DNA of 53,641 nt from positions 1 through 53,641 of the IMG/VR virus record IMGVR_UViG_3300013119_000172, one strand, 5' to 3'. The translations under genes were made by a program, and so were the position numbers. Under the pieces are notes generated by a model. That model was not told the origin of the DNA and made no database searches. It worked only from the letters and a program-made list of their open reading frames with translations. Within the stretch, counting starts at the first letter, position 1, and the number at the start of each line of letters is the position of its first letter. Below are positions 1 through 7,143 of this stretch, piece by piece. The DNA comes from a virus. Taxonomy: Duplodnaviria; Caudoviricetes.

Positions 1-234
1 AGTGGCTTCTCTCTCGAACTTGGCTTCTGATAGAAGTTCTTCCTTGATCATTTGTTTGAGTGTGTTTTGGATACTTTCTTTTTGGTTTCCCGAAGATTTG
101 ATTCCGCCCGCTTTCTTGTATGCGTCCATAGCGGCTGCTTGCTCAACCAGTCGTGTCATTTCCTCGTTGATTAATATATTTCTATCCACTTCTTCTCGAA
201 TTATCTGTTTTAAGCGATGTTCTGTTATATTCAT
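1..234 (-). CDS. Partial hypothetical protein (runs off the window edge), probable virion/internal head protein
   Basis: Not in the ORF track. ATG at 234 with GAGAG upstream reads MNITEHRLKQIIREEVDRNILINEE... and stays open to the edge. ACTATTTA box at 262-269. Confidence 0.8.
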   Translation of the reverse strand, partial: MNITEHRLKQIIREEVDRNILINEEMTRLVEQAAAMDAYKKAGGIKSSGNQKESIQNTLKQMIKEELLSEAKFEREAT

Positions 235-260
235 TTGCTTCTCTCATTAAGGTTGTTATA

Positions 261-446
261 TTAAATAGTATTATCCCCACAAGATGATACTATCTCAAAA
301 CAAAACGCGGCTTGTTTCCACGAAAAGTTATAATACCCACCCCCAGCAACATAAAGAATAACCTCGGCACAATCAATGCCATAATTTCTTATCTCTGTGA
401 TTATACCAATTTGACCGTCACATTTTATGAGGTCGCCAACTTTCAT
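261..446 (-). CDS. Small hypothetical protein, KOW/SH3-like 'VGDL' family
   Basis: Begins MKVGDLIK..GQIGIITEI; ATGA overlap with the upstream gene. Confidence 0.7.
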   Translation of the reverse strand: MKVGDLIKCDGQIGIITEIRNYGIDCAEVILYVAGGGYYNFSWKQAAFCFEIVSSCGDNTI

Positions 447-1126
447 TTATCGGGTAGTTCTATGACATTGCCGTGTGAGGTGATTACTCCCCACTTTCCA
501 TCATTAACGCATGATGCATTACTGAAAATAGTCCTCATTCCTGCAATTTGTTTTGTGCCGGCATTATAAACTCGCTTTGTATTATGTATGTGACCGAACG
601 CAACTATAGCTGGCTCAATTCTTTTTATTGCCCCCAATAAAGCAGAATCACCGCACTGTTCTTGTAGATTATCTCTTCTGTTCGTGATATCAAGCATACC
701 AAGTGGTGGACCGTGTGTCAATATAATGTCTGTGTCTTCTGGTATTGTGTCCCAGACTTTGTGAATCTTTGCTCTTGATTTCATAAACGACCAATCATTA
801 AAAGTTGGAGTATGTGGCGATCCCCAAATCTTATAGCCATTGATAGTCACATCGTCGTTGAATAAATAAGTTATACCGAAACTCTCGATGTTCGATTTCT
901 TTATTAGCCCTGCTTCTACACTACTATCGTGGTTGCCGCAAACAAATACTTTGTTTGGGATATCAAGGCTTCCGTACCACTCAAGGAACTCCCACATCTC
1001 TTTTTCATTCTTAAATGGATCTCGATAGTTGGTTGCGTCGCCAGAGTGCATGACAAGATCAATCCCGTCGGGAATTACCAGTTGATCGTGATTTCGATGA
1101 GTATCAGACAAATGAAGTAGCCTCAT
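443..1126 (-). CDS. Calcineurin-like metallophosphoesterase
   Basis: All five motifs present: SDTH, SGD, GNHD, THGPP, GHIH. Confidence 0.92.
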   Translation of the reverse strand: MRLLHLSDTHRNHDQLVIPDGIDLVMHSGDATNYRDPFKNEKEMWEFLEWYGSLDIPNKVFVCGNHDSSVEAGLIKKSNIESFGITYLFNDDVTINGYKIWGSPHTPTFNDWSFMKSRAKIHKVWDTIPEDTDIILTHGPPLGMLDITNRRDNLQEQCGDSALLGAIKRIEPAIVAFGHIHNTKRVYNAGTKQIAGMRTIFSNASCVNDGKWGVITSHGNVIELPDK

Positions 1127-1440
1127 TCTCTACTTCCGTGAATATCAATATTTCTTATTTCTGGTTCTGACAAGAAGATTGGTGTTCCCAAACCACCATA
1201 AGCACCAAGTGTATTATAGCAGAAATATTCAAGTGCTTCTTCGTGATCTGTATCAAGCCACTCCTCTATGGCTTCAATACACATAGCGGAATTATAAACA
1301 ACAACTTTCATATGCCCATACCTATCCCACTGATCGTATTTATAACTATCGGATGCACCCATGATGGCTGCATCAAAAAACTTGCGAGGCTCCAAGAACA
1401 GTGCTTCTGAATCTGCTGACTCTATCGGTAATATGTTCAT
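1123..1440 (-). CDS. Hypothetical phage protein
   Basis: GGAG RBS; ATGA overlaps with both neighbours; EEALEYFCYNTLGAYGG..TPIF segment. Confidence 0.75.
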   Translation of the reverse strand: MNILPIESADSEALFLEPRKFFDAAIMGASDSYKYDQWDRYGHMKVVVYNSAMCIEAIEEWLDTDHEEALEYFCYNTLGAYGGLGTPIFLSEPEIRNIDIHGSRE

Positions 1441-1610
1441 TTATTTTCTCCAACTAGGTTTAGATAATTCATAACTTCAACTGCCAACTCTTTCTCCCAG
1501 AATTGGGCTACAGTTATTTGAACTTCATCTTCTAATCTATGAAGATAGTATTCAACCATTGGGTTATCACAATAGTCTAAGCTATCTTCTTCAGTTACAT
1601 AATAAATCAT
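1437..1610 (-). CDS. 57-aa hypothetical protein (MIYYVTEEDSLDYCDNPMVE...LVGENK)
   Basis: Below the ORF-track cutoff; ATGA-coupled on both sides, AGGAAGAG upstream. Confidence 0.7.
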   Translation of the reverse strand: MIYYVTEEDSLDYCDNPMVEYYLHRLEDEVQITVAQFWEKELAVEVMNYLNLVGENK

Positions 1611-1657
1611 TTCTCTTCCTTGATGATCTCTTTTAATTTTGCTTTTGTGATCTTCAC
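1607..1657 (-). CDS. 16-aa micro-ORF MKITKAKLKEIIKEEK (leader motif only)
   Basis: GTG start with AAGGA RBS; its TGA overlaps the next ATG; resembles the N-terminus of the ORF starting at 234. Confidence 0.55.
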   Translation of the reverse strand: MKITKAKLKEIIKEEK

Positions 1658-1756
1658 TTTTGTTGTCCTTTTTAGTTGATCGTATTGTTATTAATTATAT
1701 TGCCGAAGGCAGATTCATTTTCGTCGTTTATCTTTTGGACAAGATCGGTTAGTTCT

Positions 1757-2011
1757 TTACCCACCTTGTTGCATTCTTTTGGCATTTGCTACAGTGCAAA
1801 TGTTTAGTGCGTCGTAGTCTAGTTTTTTGAGAATTTCGACTACCAAATGGCTTCTTTTACCAGTTCTACAATAAACTAATATCTCTTTGTCTTTCGGCAA
1901 TTGCTCAAGGTTGTCCATTATAACCACGTGTGGGATATTTAGGCTCTCACTTACACTCTCTTCTAAAAATTCTTGTGGACTTCTTACGTCCAAGAATATT
2001 TTGCCTGTCAT
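1757..2011 (-). CDS. Rhodanese-like single-domain sulfurtransferase
   Basis: LDVRSPQEF N-terminal motif, NIP, and active-site loop VYCRTGKRS. Confidence 0.88.
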   Translation of the reverse strand: MTGKIFLDVRSPQEFLEESVSESLNIPHVVIMDNLEQLPKDKEILVYCRTGKRSHLVVEILKKLDYDALNICTVANAKRMQQGG

Positions 2012-2053
2012 ATGTTTATTTCCTCTTAATTGTTGTACTATATAGTTTCTTTT

Positions 2054-2527
2054 TTATTTTGCCTTCTTGCACCAAAAGCTATGAATTATGTGCTCTTTTC
2101 CGTGCTTCATGACATAAAGTAGCCAACCTGTTTGTGTCTCTTTAGTACCAGATACCAACAACACATCTCCTACACATATATCGCTGTATTCACCATGGAT
2201 CTTAATAGGTTCACCATTAGTTATTTGCGCTGCACCATCTATTCCTTGGCGTGGGTCTATAATAAGACACAGATCACCCACTTTTGGTTGCGACAGTTCC
2301 ATTGTCTTTTTCTTCCTCACGGTTTTATAGTGCGTGGTATTGGTTGCAAGTACTCTGATTTGCCACCACTCTATATCAATGGCTTTCATCATATCGTGCT
2401 CAGAGCCAATTTCCTCAATTATAAAAATAGAATCAAATGCACTGCTGTCATATGTTTTTCTTCGCTCTCTACGCTCATCAGAGAGCCATACACGTACCAC
2501 ATAGTCACCTACTTGAAACTTATTCAA
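2054..2527 (-). CDS. Hypothetical protein with repeated 'VGD' KOW/SH3-like units
   Basis: FQVGDYV, PKVGDLC and CVGDVL motifs. Confidence 0.65.
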   Translation of the reverse strand: MNKFQVGDYVVRVWLSDERRERRKTYDSSAFDSIFIIEEIGSEHDMMKAIDIEWWQIRVLATNTTHYKTVRKKKTMELSQPKVGDLCLIIDPRQGIDGAAQITNGEPIKIHGEYSDICVGDVLLVSGTKETQTGWLLYVMKHGKEHIIHSFWCKKAK

Positions 2528-2756
2528 CTATCTTCCTTAAAAACATCTCATGAAATTTCAAAATACAGCCATTGGTGAAGTGAACATACCAGACGTTTAT
2601 CCCCACTCCTTCTTCTGGCATATCATATAGTCCATCATTTTGCTGTATGATGATGCCAGTTCTGTTATCAGGTAACTCTTGTTGGTGTGTGCCGTCTAGT
2701 ACTTCGACCAAATCGCCAATGTTAAAATTTGTCATGATAGTTATCTTCTCTTTCAC
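2520..2756 (-). CDS. Small hypothetical, KOW/SH3-like
   Basis: FNIGDLVEV...RTGIII...WYVHF; the true start may be the internal Met (MTNF). Confidence 0.65.
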   Translation of the reverse strand: MKEKITIMTNFNIGDLVEVLDGTHQQELPDNRTGIIIQQNDGLYDMPEEGVGINVWYVHFTNGCILKFHEMFLRKIVE

Positions 2757-2958
2757 CCCTAGAGATGTTTACGAAACTATCAATAAGGGAACGCAATCCA
2801 AAAAAGTCTGACAATTTTGACTCCAGTGTAGAAACATGGTATGGTTCAATACCTGGTGGATTCAGTTCTGTTATTATCTGTACTTGTAAGTGTCTGTCCA
2901 TTAGTTCATCAAGTTCATCATCATTACGATATGTATTTAAGTAAACCAGTTCACCCAT
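2722..2958 (-). CDS. Hypothetical protein
   Basis: AAGGAGAG RBS, directly downstream of the promoter at 2988-3016. Confidence 0.7.
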   Translation of the reverse strand: MGELVYLNTYRNDDELDELMDRHLQVQIITELNPPGIEPYHVSTLESKLSDFFGLRSLIDSFVNISRGEREDNYHDKF

Positions 2959-2987
2959 TGTGTTCTCTCCTTGTTAGTTACTCTATA

Positions 2988-3016
2988 AATATAACACAAT
3001 AAGAGAGAAGTGTCAA
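2988..3016 (-). promoter_or_regulatory. Sigma70-type promoter TTGACA-17-TATATT
   Basis: Intergenic; perfect -35, 17-nt spacer, TG extended -10. Confidence 0.85.
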
Positions 3017-3027
3017 GTTTATTTCTT

Positions 3028-3792
3028 TTATTTCTGCCAGCGCATAGGATTTGTTGTTGCTCCCCACCACTGGGCTAATAAAGAATGTGTTTCTTTTATC
3101 TCACCAGACTCTTGGTCAATTACTATTACCTCTTTGTTGCTTGTGAATCCATAGAGGTTGTCGTCCGAGTACGCAAGTCCATAAATACCTGAAATCATTA
3201 CGTTATTTATCCTCACAAGAGAGCCATGAATAGGATCTACAACCGCAATTCTGTCTGGCTGATTTGGCTCTTTGACTGACCAATAGAGCAAGCCATCTGG
3301 CAACATAATTATATCCCCAGAGGTAGTGAGCAATCCTTCTGGGAAAAATGTCAAGGCGTAGTCTGCTGTTTCATCAAGAATGTCAAGTGTGTCCCCTGCT
3401 GCTATCAGAGTGCCATCGAACAAGCAAGTTAGCCCGTTGTATTTTTTAGACAAATTGGTTTTCTTTTCTATCTCGGCTGTTTGCGGATCAATTTGATATA
3501 GTGTTGTGGCTGTGATGCCGTACATTCTGCCGTGGAAGTCAATGGCTATATCGGTCATACCAGAAACAGCTTGACCATCTTCGGTAAATGTGCCGATTAG
3601 AGACAAGTTGTCTGACCAAGAATATAACTCTGTGCTGGTGTTTAGGTATATTGGCTCTGTTGCCGGATCTTCAACGTAGGCGACTAGTTCTGCGGTGTCA
3701 GATGAATGCTCGACAGGTGTATCGATGACACCAGATGGAGACTGATCTGTTAGTCCATATTCAGAACAAGCAAGAAGTAAGGCCAAAAACAT
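3028..3792 (-). CDS. Lipoprotein with probable beta-propeller domain
   Basis: Very short signal MFLALLLAC-S; repeated blades (TDIAIDFHGRMYG, GLTCLFDGTL, GDIIMLPDGLLY, YGLAYSDDNLYGFT). Confidence 0.75.
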   Translation of the reverse strand: MFLALLLACSEYGLTDQSPSGVIDTPVEHSSDTAELVAYVEDPATEPIYLNTSTELYSWSDNLSLIGTFTEDGQAVSGMTDIAIDFHGRMYGITATTLYQIDPQTAEIEKKTNLSKKYNGLTCLFDGTLIAAGDTLDILDETADYALTFFPEGLLTTSGDIIMLPDGLLYWSVKEPNQPDRIAVVDPIHGSLVRINNVMISGIYGLAYSDDNLYGFTSNKEVIVIDQESGEIKETHSLLAQWWGATTNPMRWQK

Positions 3793-4449
3793 TTAACGTG
3801 CCGTAACTTCTATCTCTTTAATAGAGTAAGTACTTAACATATTTGAAGATCCTAGCATTCTTATTATTATGCTTGTGACATCTTCTTTCGCCAACAGAAA
3901 CTTTGAATAGTTTGTGGATACTGGTTCATAATCTGCAAGTTCGTTCCACTTGTGCCAGTCATTAAAATTAACCCTATACAGTATCTCAATTTCTGATGGG
4001 AATAAGTCATCGTCCCAGAATATCTCCAAGTATAGAATGTTGTATCTATCTTCCCACTCCAATTGGACCCAAGTTTCGTTCCAGTCAAACCACTGTGGAT
4101 CACTGTACCAGCCTATTGCTCTGTTATTGTCAATCAGTGCCCATTCGCTAAGATCATATAGTGAGCTTTCGGCTGATGGTGTTGCGAAAGGAGCAATATT
4201 AAAGAATTCTACTTCTTCTTCAATGTCCTCGATCTCTGTGGAATATGCTGTATCTACTGATGCTATATCGTTTGAGATATAGTCGTCGTAAGTTAAGTCC
4301 AAATCTGTTGTGGCTGTGTCATCTTGTGGGTGATGGCCCTTTGTCGGATACAAGCCAGACTCTGCACAGGATACCAAAAAGTGCGATAAGAACGTTATCA
4401 CCAGAGTCATGGTAAAAATTGTCATAAAGTTGATTGCATTGTTTTTCAT
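3793..4449 (-). CDS. Predicted lipoprotein with discoidin/F5-8-like carbohydrate-binding C-terminal domain
   Basis: Hydrophobic N-terminus ending LVSC; acidic linker; ALIDNN..GWYS..WVQLEW...IKEIEV pattern. Confidence 0.6.
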   Translation of the reverse strand: MKNNAINFMTIFTMTLVITFLSHFLVSCAESGLYPTKGHHPQDDTATTDLDLTYDDYISNDIASVDTAYSTEIEDIEEEVEFFNIAPFATPSAESSLYDLSEWALIDNNRAIGWYSDPQWFDWNETWVQLEWEDRYNILYLEIFWDDDLFPSEIEILYRVNFNDWHKWNELADYEPVSTNYSKFLLAKEDVTSIIIRMLGSSNMLSTYSIKEIEVTAR

Positions 4450-4478
4450 TTTGTGTTGCCCCAGTTGTCACATAAATA

Positions 4479-4509
4479 GTCCGACACACCTCGAAAGATT
4501 GTGTCGGAC
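4479..4509. terminator. 10-bp inverted repeat GTCCGACACA / TGTGTCGGAC, terminator-like hairpin
   Basis: Perfect stem downstream of ORF 4530..4877, abutting the ACTATTTA box. Confidence 0.6.
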
Positions 4510-4529
4510 ACGTGAAATGGAATGATTAT

Positions 4530-4877
4530 TTATCTAGCTGGCGATTCTACTTCTGGTATCTTCCAATTTGGTGATGCTGTGTTGTTTAAATCATTTCGTG
4601 AGATCACTTTTACTTGGCACCAAGCGGCTAGTTCACGAAAAGTTTCAGCATCTGTTGCTTGTATATTACATTCACCTTTGTGTGAAAATGTAGCTTGCTT
4701 GCTCTCATGTGCAATCGGTATTGGCTCGACCAAATACAACGGATAAGTGATAACAGCAATGATTATGATGGGGAGCATTCCATAGAAGAATATTGTCCAC
4801 ATAATATCATTTATGTCTTTTATAAATGATTTTATTGTTTCCTTTCTCGTTGGTTTATTTTTCGCTATTGTAGCCAT
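4530..4877 (-). CDS. Membrane-anchored hypothetical protein
   Basis: One TM segment (IMWTIFFYGMLPIIIIAVITYPLYLV); start moved to MATIAK on the basis of the GAGGGG RBS. Confidence 0.7.
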   Translation of the reverse strand: MATIAKNKPTRKETIKSFIKDINDIMWTIFFYGMLPIIIIAVITYPLYLVEPIPIAHESKQATFSHKGECNIQATDAETFRELAAWCQVKVISRNDLNNTASPNWKIPEVESPAR

Positions 4878-4878
4878 A

Positions 4879-4935
4879 TTATATTCCCCTCGCATTTAAA
4901 AACTGCGCTATTCTGTACACTATCTGCCCTATCAT
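4879..4935 (-). CDS. Possible 18-aa micro-ORF MIGQIVYRIAQFLNARGI
   Basis: GGAGAG RBS; stop lies 1 nt before the next start codon. Confidence 0.4.
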   Translation of the reverse strand: MIGQIVYRIAQFLNARGI

Positions 4936-5082
4936 TTACTCTCCGTTGTTGTGAATGTGCCGTTTTTGGATCTAACAGAACGGCTAACTGCATGTCCCTT
5001 TTATCTTACAATAGGAGTGGACTTGTTTTCTCCTGTGTATCATGCTGCTGATCTTTTTTGAGATTCGCTGAACACATGAATG

Positions 5083-5159
5083 TGGGTGCGGATGTGGGAC
5101 TTGAACCCACGATCTTTAGGTTATGAGCCTGATGAGATACCAAACTTCTCCAATCCGCG
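5083..5159 (-). tRNA. tRNA-Met(CAT), initiator type (tRNA-fMet)
   Basis: 77-nt cloverleaf; C1:A72 mismatch, A11:U24 pair, CAU anticodon, TTCAAGT T-loop, encoded CCA. Confidence 0.92.
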
Positions 5160-5167
5160 TCAAAAAG

Positions 5168-5318
5168 TGAAGAGCAGCGGGAGTCGAACCCGCAGGCTTA
5201 CCAGAGACTTACAAGGCGATCAACCCTTTGCTTACTGGCTCCCGAACTTCCAGTACATCTGCCGTTCCACCTGTGTCTGACCCGACGGTGGCAATGGACT
5301 TACGACAACTACTCTTCA
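5168..5318 (-). ncRNA. Unclassified tRNA-like structured RNA (151 nt)
   Basis: Terminal stem UGAAGAGUA/UGCUCUUCA stacked on a canonical T-arm GCGGG-UUCGACU-CCCGC; internal hairpins; lies between a promoter and tRNA-fMet. Confidence 0.75.
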
Positions 5319-5365
5319 TAAAATGTTAAAGAACTTGGAAGGTTTGTTTCCTTCCTTATATATCT

Positions 5366-5394
5366 ATTGTAACACATCTACTCTTCGGTGTCAA
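5366..5394 (-). promoter_or_regulatory. Sigma70-type promoter TTGACA-17-TACAAT driving the RNA cluster
   Basis: Near-consensus with TG extension; followed by hairpin GGAAGG-N7-CCTTCC, then the ncRNA and tRNA. Confidence 0.85.
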
Positions 5395-5644
5395 CATCTT
5401 TCTGCTCCTTTTTATAAACTAGTTCCATTTCCCATTCTAAAAAGTATCTTGTTTTTCCATCAAGGCACAGCACTATATAGAAAAACTCGTATGGGAAGCC
5501 CCAAGAGCGATTTGGATCGTATCCTGCTATTATTCCATGAAAGTGAGTAGACTCATCGTAATATTGACTAAAGATATAAAAATCGGTGTAATCGTAGTTA
5601 CATCGCACCAGATCGCCAGTTTTAAATTTTGGAATAAGTCCCAC
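5378..5644 (-). CDS. Small hypothetical, KOW/SH3-like
   Basis: FKTGDLVRC...HGII...YIVLCLDG..RYFLEWEMELV. Confidence 0.7.
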   Translation of the reverse strand: MGLIPKFKTGDLVRCNYDYTDFYIFSQYYDESTHFHGIIAGYDPNRSWGFPYEFFYIVLCLDGKTRYFLEWEMELVYKKEQKDVDTEE

Positions 5645-5656
5645 ATAATAAATACA

Positions 5657-6034
5657 CTACTTGACAGCCTTTAGCCATTCTCTCGGTAGCCAATCTTCTC
5701 TTGGGGCACTGGAGTATGAATTGTTAGACGGTAATTTCAACCATTTGACATACACAAAGCTATTTTTTAGCTTCTTTCTAAATCCTCGATTGTATATGAA
5801 ATATTTCCTTACTAAGTCTGGCTTGGATGAGGAATATACAATGGTGTCCATCAAGACAAATCTCGCAGAATAATCGTGAACTTTATTTATCTCCCGAAGC
5901 ATGCGCTCACCATCAACTTTGGTTGCTTCTGTGAAATCTTCAATAACTTCTATTGCTATCCCGATACCTTGAGAGTTTCGACGATAGCAGCATACCAGAT
6001 CACCAACTTTTATGTTCTTAGACAACACTGTCAC
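5657..6034 (-). CDS. Hypothetical protein ('VGDLV' family)
   Basis: Start placed at GTG 6034 after AAGGAGAG; the longer ORF-track start overlaps 6034..6342. Confidence 0.65.
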   Translation of the reverse strand: MTVLSKNIKVGDLVCCYRRNSQGIGIAIEVIEDFTEATKVDGERMLREINKVHDYSARFVLMDTIVYSSSKPDLVRKYFIYNRGFRKKLKNSFVYVKWLKLPSNNSYSSAPREDWLPREWLKAVK

Positions 6035-6342
6035 TAGGAAGCCTCTCTCCTTGTTCGATTGATTACTGCACCAATATATCCAACGGGAACCATAATTAAA
6101 AGAAATCTCCAGCCCATCCATATAGAATATTCTTTTTTCCATTCTGCTAATCTTGGCTCTTGTCTTTCCAGTGGTGTACTGGGGGATTCTGTTTCTATTA
6201 CCAACTCTAGGCACGAGCCATTATCATCACGAGTTGAATAAACGTCAAAATTGCCTTCATAAATCTCAACCACCTCGCCCATTAAGGCAAGCTTGGCCTT
6301 CTTAAAATCTTCTTTTTCGCCTTTCCAGTATATGTTAGCCAT
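6034..6342 (-). CDS. Hypothetical protein
   Basis: Fits the tightly packed minus-strand series. Confidence 0.65.
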   Translation of the reverse strand: MANIYWKGEKEDFKKAKLALMGEVVEIYEGNFDVYSTRDDNGSCLELVIETESPSTPLERQEPRLAEWKKEYSIWMGWRFLLIMVPVGYIGAVINRTRREAS

Positions 6343-6348
6343 TGAATC

Positions 6349-6570
6349 TTACTCACTTATTATTTCTACATGTTCATAATGTGAATCTATCAATAATCGA
6401 CCCTTCTCTTTAAAGCAATAAATTACTATTGAATGATGATCGCTAGGCAATAACTCAACTATGATCCCATATTTATATATAGGTTCGCGGCGCACCAATT
6501 TGTCACCATATGCTGCATATAAACGATAGTCGGTCACCCATCGTATCAATTGTCCTATTCTAAACTCCAC
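6349..6570 (-). CDS. Small hypothetical, KOW/SH3-like
   Basis: FRIGQLIRW...YGIIVEL. Confidence 0.65.
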   Translation of the reverse strand: MEFRIGQLIRWVTDYRLYAAYGDKLVRREPIYKYGIIVELLPSDHHSIVIYCFKEKGRLLIDSHYEHVEIISE

Positions 6571-6586
6571 TTAATAAGTATTCTAC

Positions 6587-6615
6587 AGTTTAACATATAA
6601 TGTAGAGAGAGTCAA
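6587..6615 (-). promoter_or_regulatory. Sigma70-type promoter TTGACT-17-TAAACT
   Basis: Intergenic, 17-nt spacer, TG extension. Confidence 0.7.
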
Positions 6616-6616
6616 G

Positions 6617-6883
6617 TTATTCTTTTAATCGGGTCTTGATAATTTTGGCAATTACTCTTTGTTGGTCGCCGTAGCCTATTTGGACTTCACATTGTCCTTT
6701 AAGCAAATTGCGTAAAGTTACTAAAAGTGGCGGATGCAGTCCATCACTTGTGTGCATATAGACTTGAGAAAGTGATTTATTGGCTGATTTCATTGCATCG
6801 CGGTGGGCGGCCTTTAATGATGAATATACTCCCTGAAAGATCCCCTTTCGATCAAACAAACAATATATGTATATGTTGGTCAT
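6617..6883 (-). CDS. Hypothetical protein
   Basis: ATGA-coupled; YIYCLFD..GIFQGVYSSLKAA motif. Confidence 0.7.
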   Translation of the reverse strand: MTNIYIYCLFDRKGIFQGVYSSLKAAHRDAMKSANKSLSQVYMHTSDGLHPPLLVTLRNLLKGQCEVQIGYGDQQRVIAKIIKTRLKE

Positions 6884-7143
6884 GATTCTGGTTCGCCTTG
6901 GATATAAGTGTGCACTCCCAGTGTTATCTCAAGCATATCCTTAGATATTTGTATTTCTGATTGCTTTTGTTCTGCCAATAGAATATCTCCATCTCTGATG
7001 GCAGCCTTAGCCTCATTTGCCAAAGTGGACTCTTTTTCGATAGCCTCCAGTAATAAATGCTTAAAGTAAAAGTTTTCAGCTATAGCTTTGATTGCTCTGC
7101 GGCTTTCTGCAAACGGGCCAATTAATAAGTCTTCATAGATCAT
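6880..7143 (-). CDS. Hypothetical protein
   Basis: Tight packing with neighbours. Confidence 0.65.
   Translation of the reverse strand: MIYEDLLIGPFAESRRAIKAIAENFYFKHLLLEAIEKESTLANEAKAAIRDGDILLAEQKQSEIQISKDMLEITLGVHTYIQGEPES

Noticed and set aside
5168-5318. tRNA-Sec, tmRNA or intron-containing tRNA as the identity of the ncRNA
   Set aside because: The long acceptor plus 5-bp T-stem recalls tRNA-Sec, but there is no UCA anticodon arm. It is too short for tmRNA and lacks G3:U70 and a tag ORF. No group I intron core is visible.
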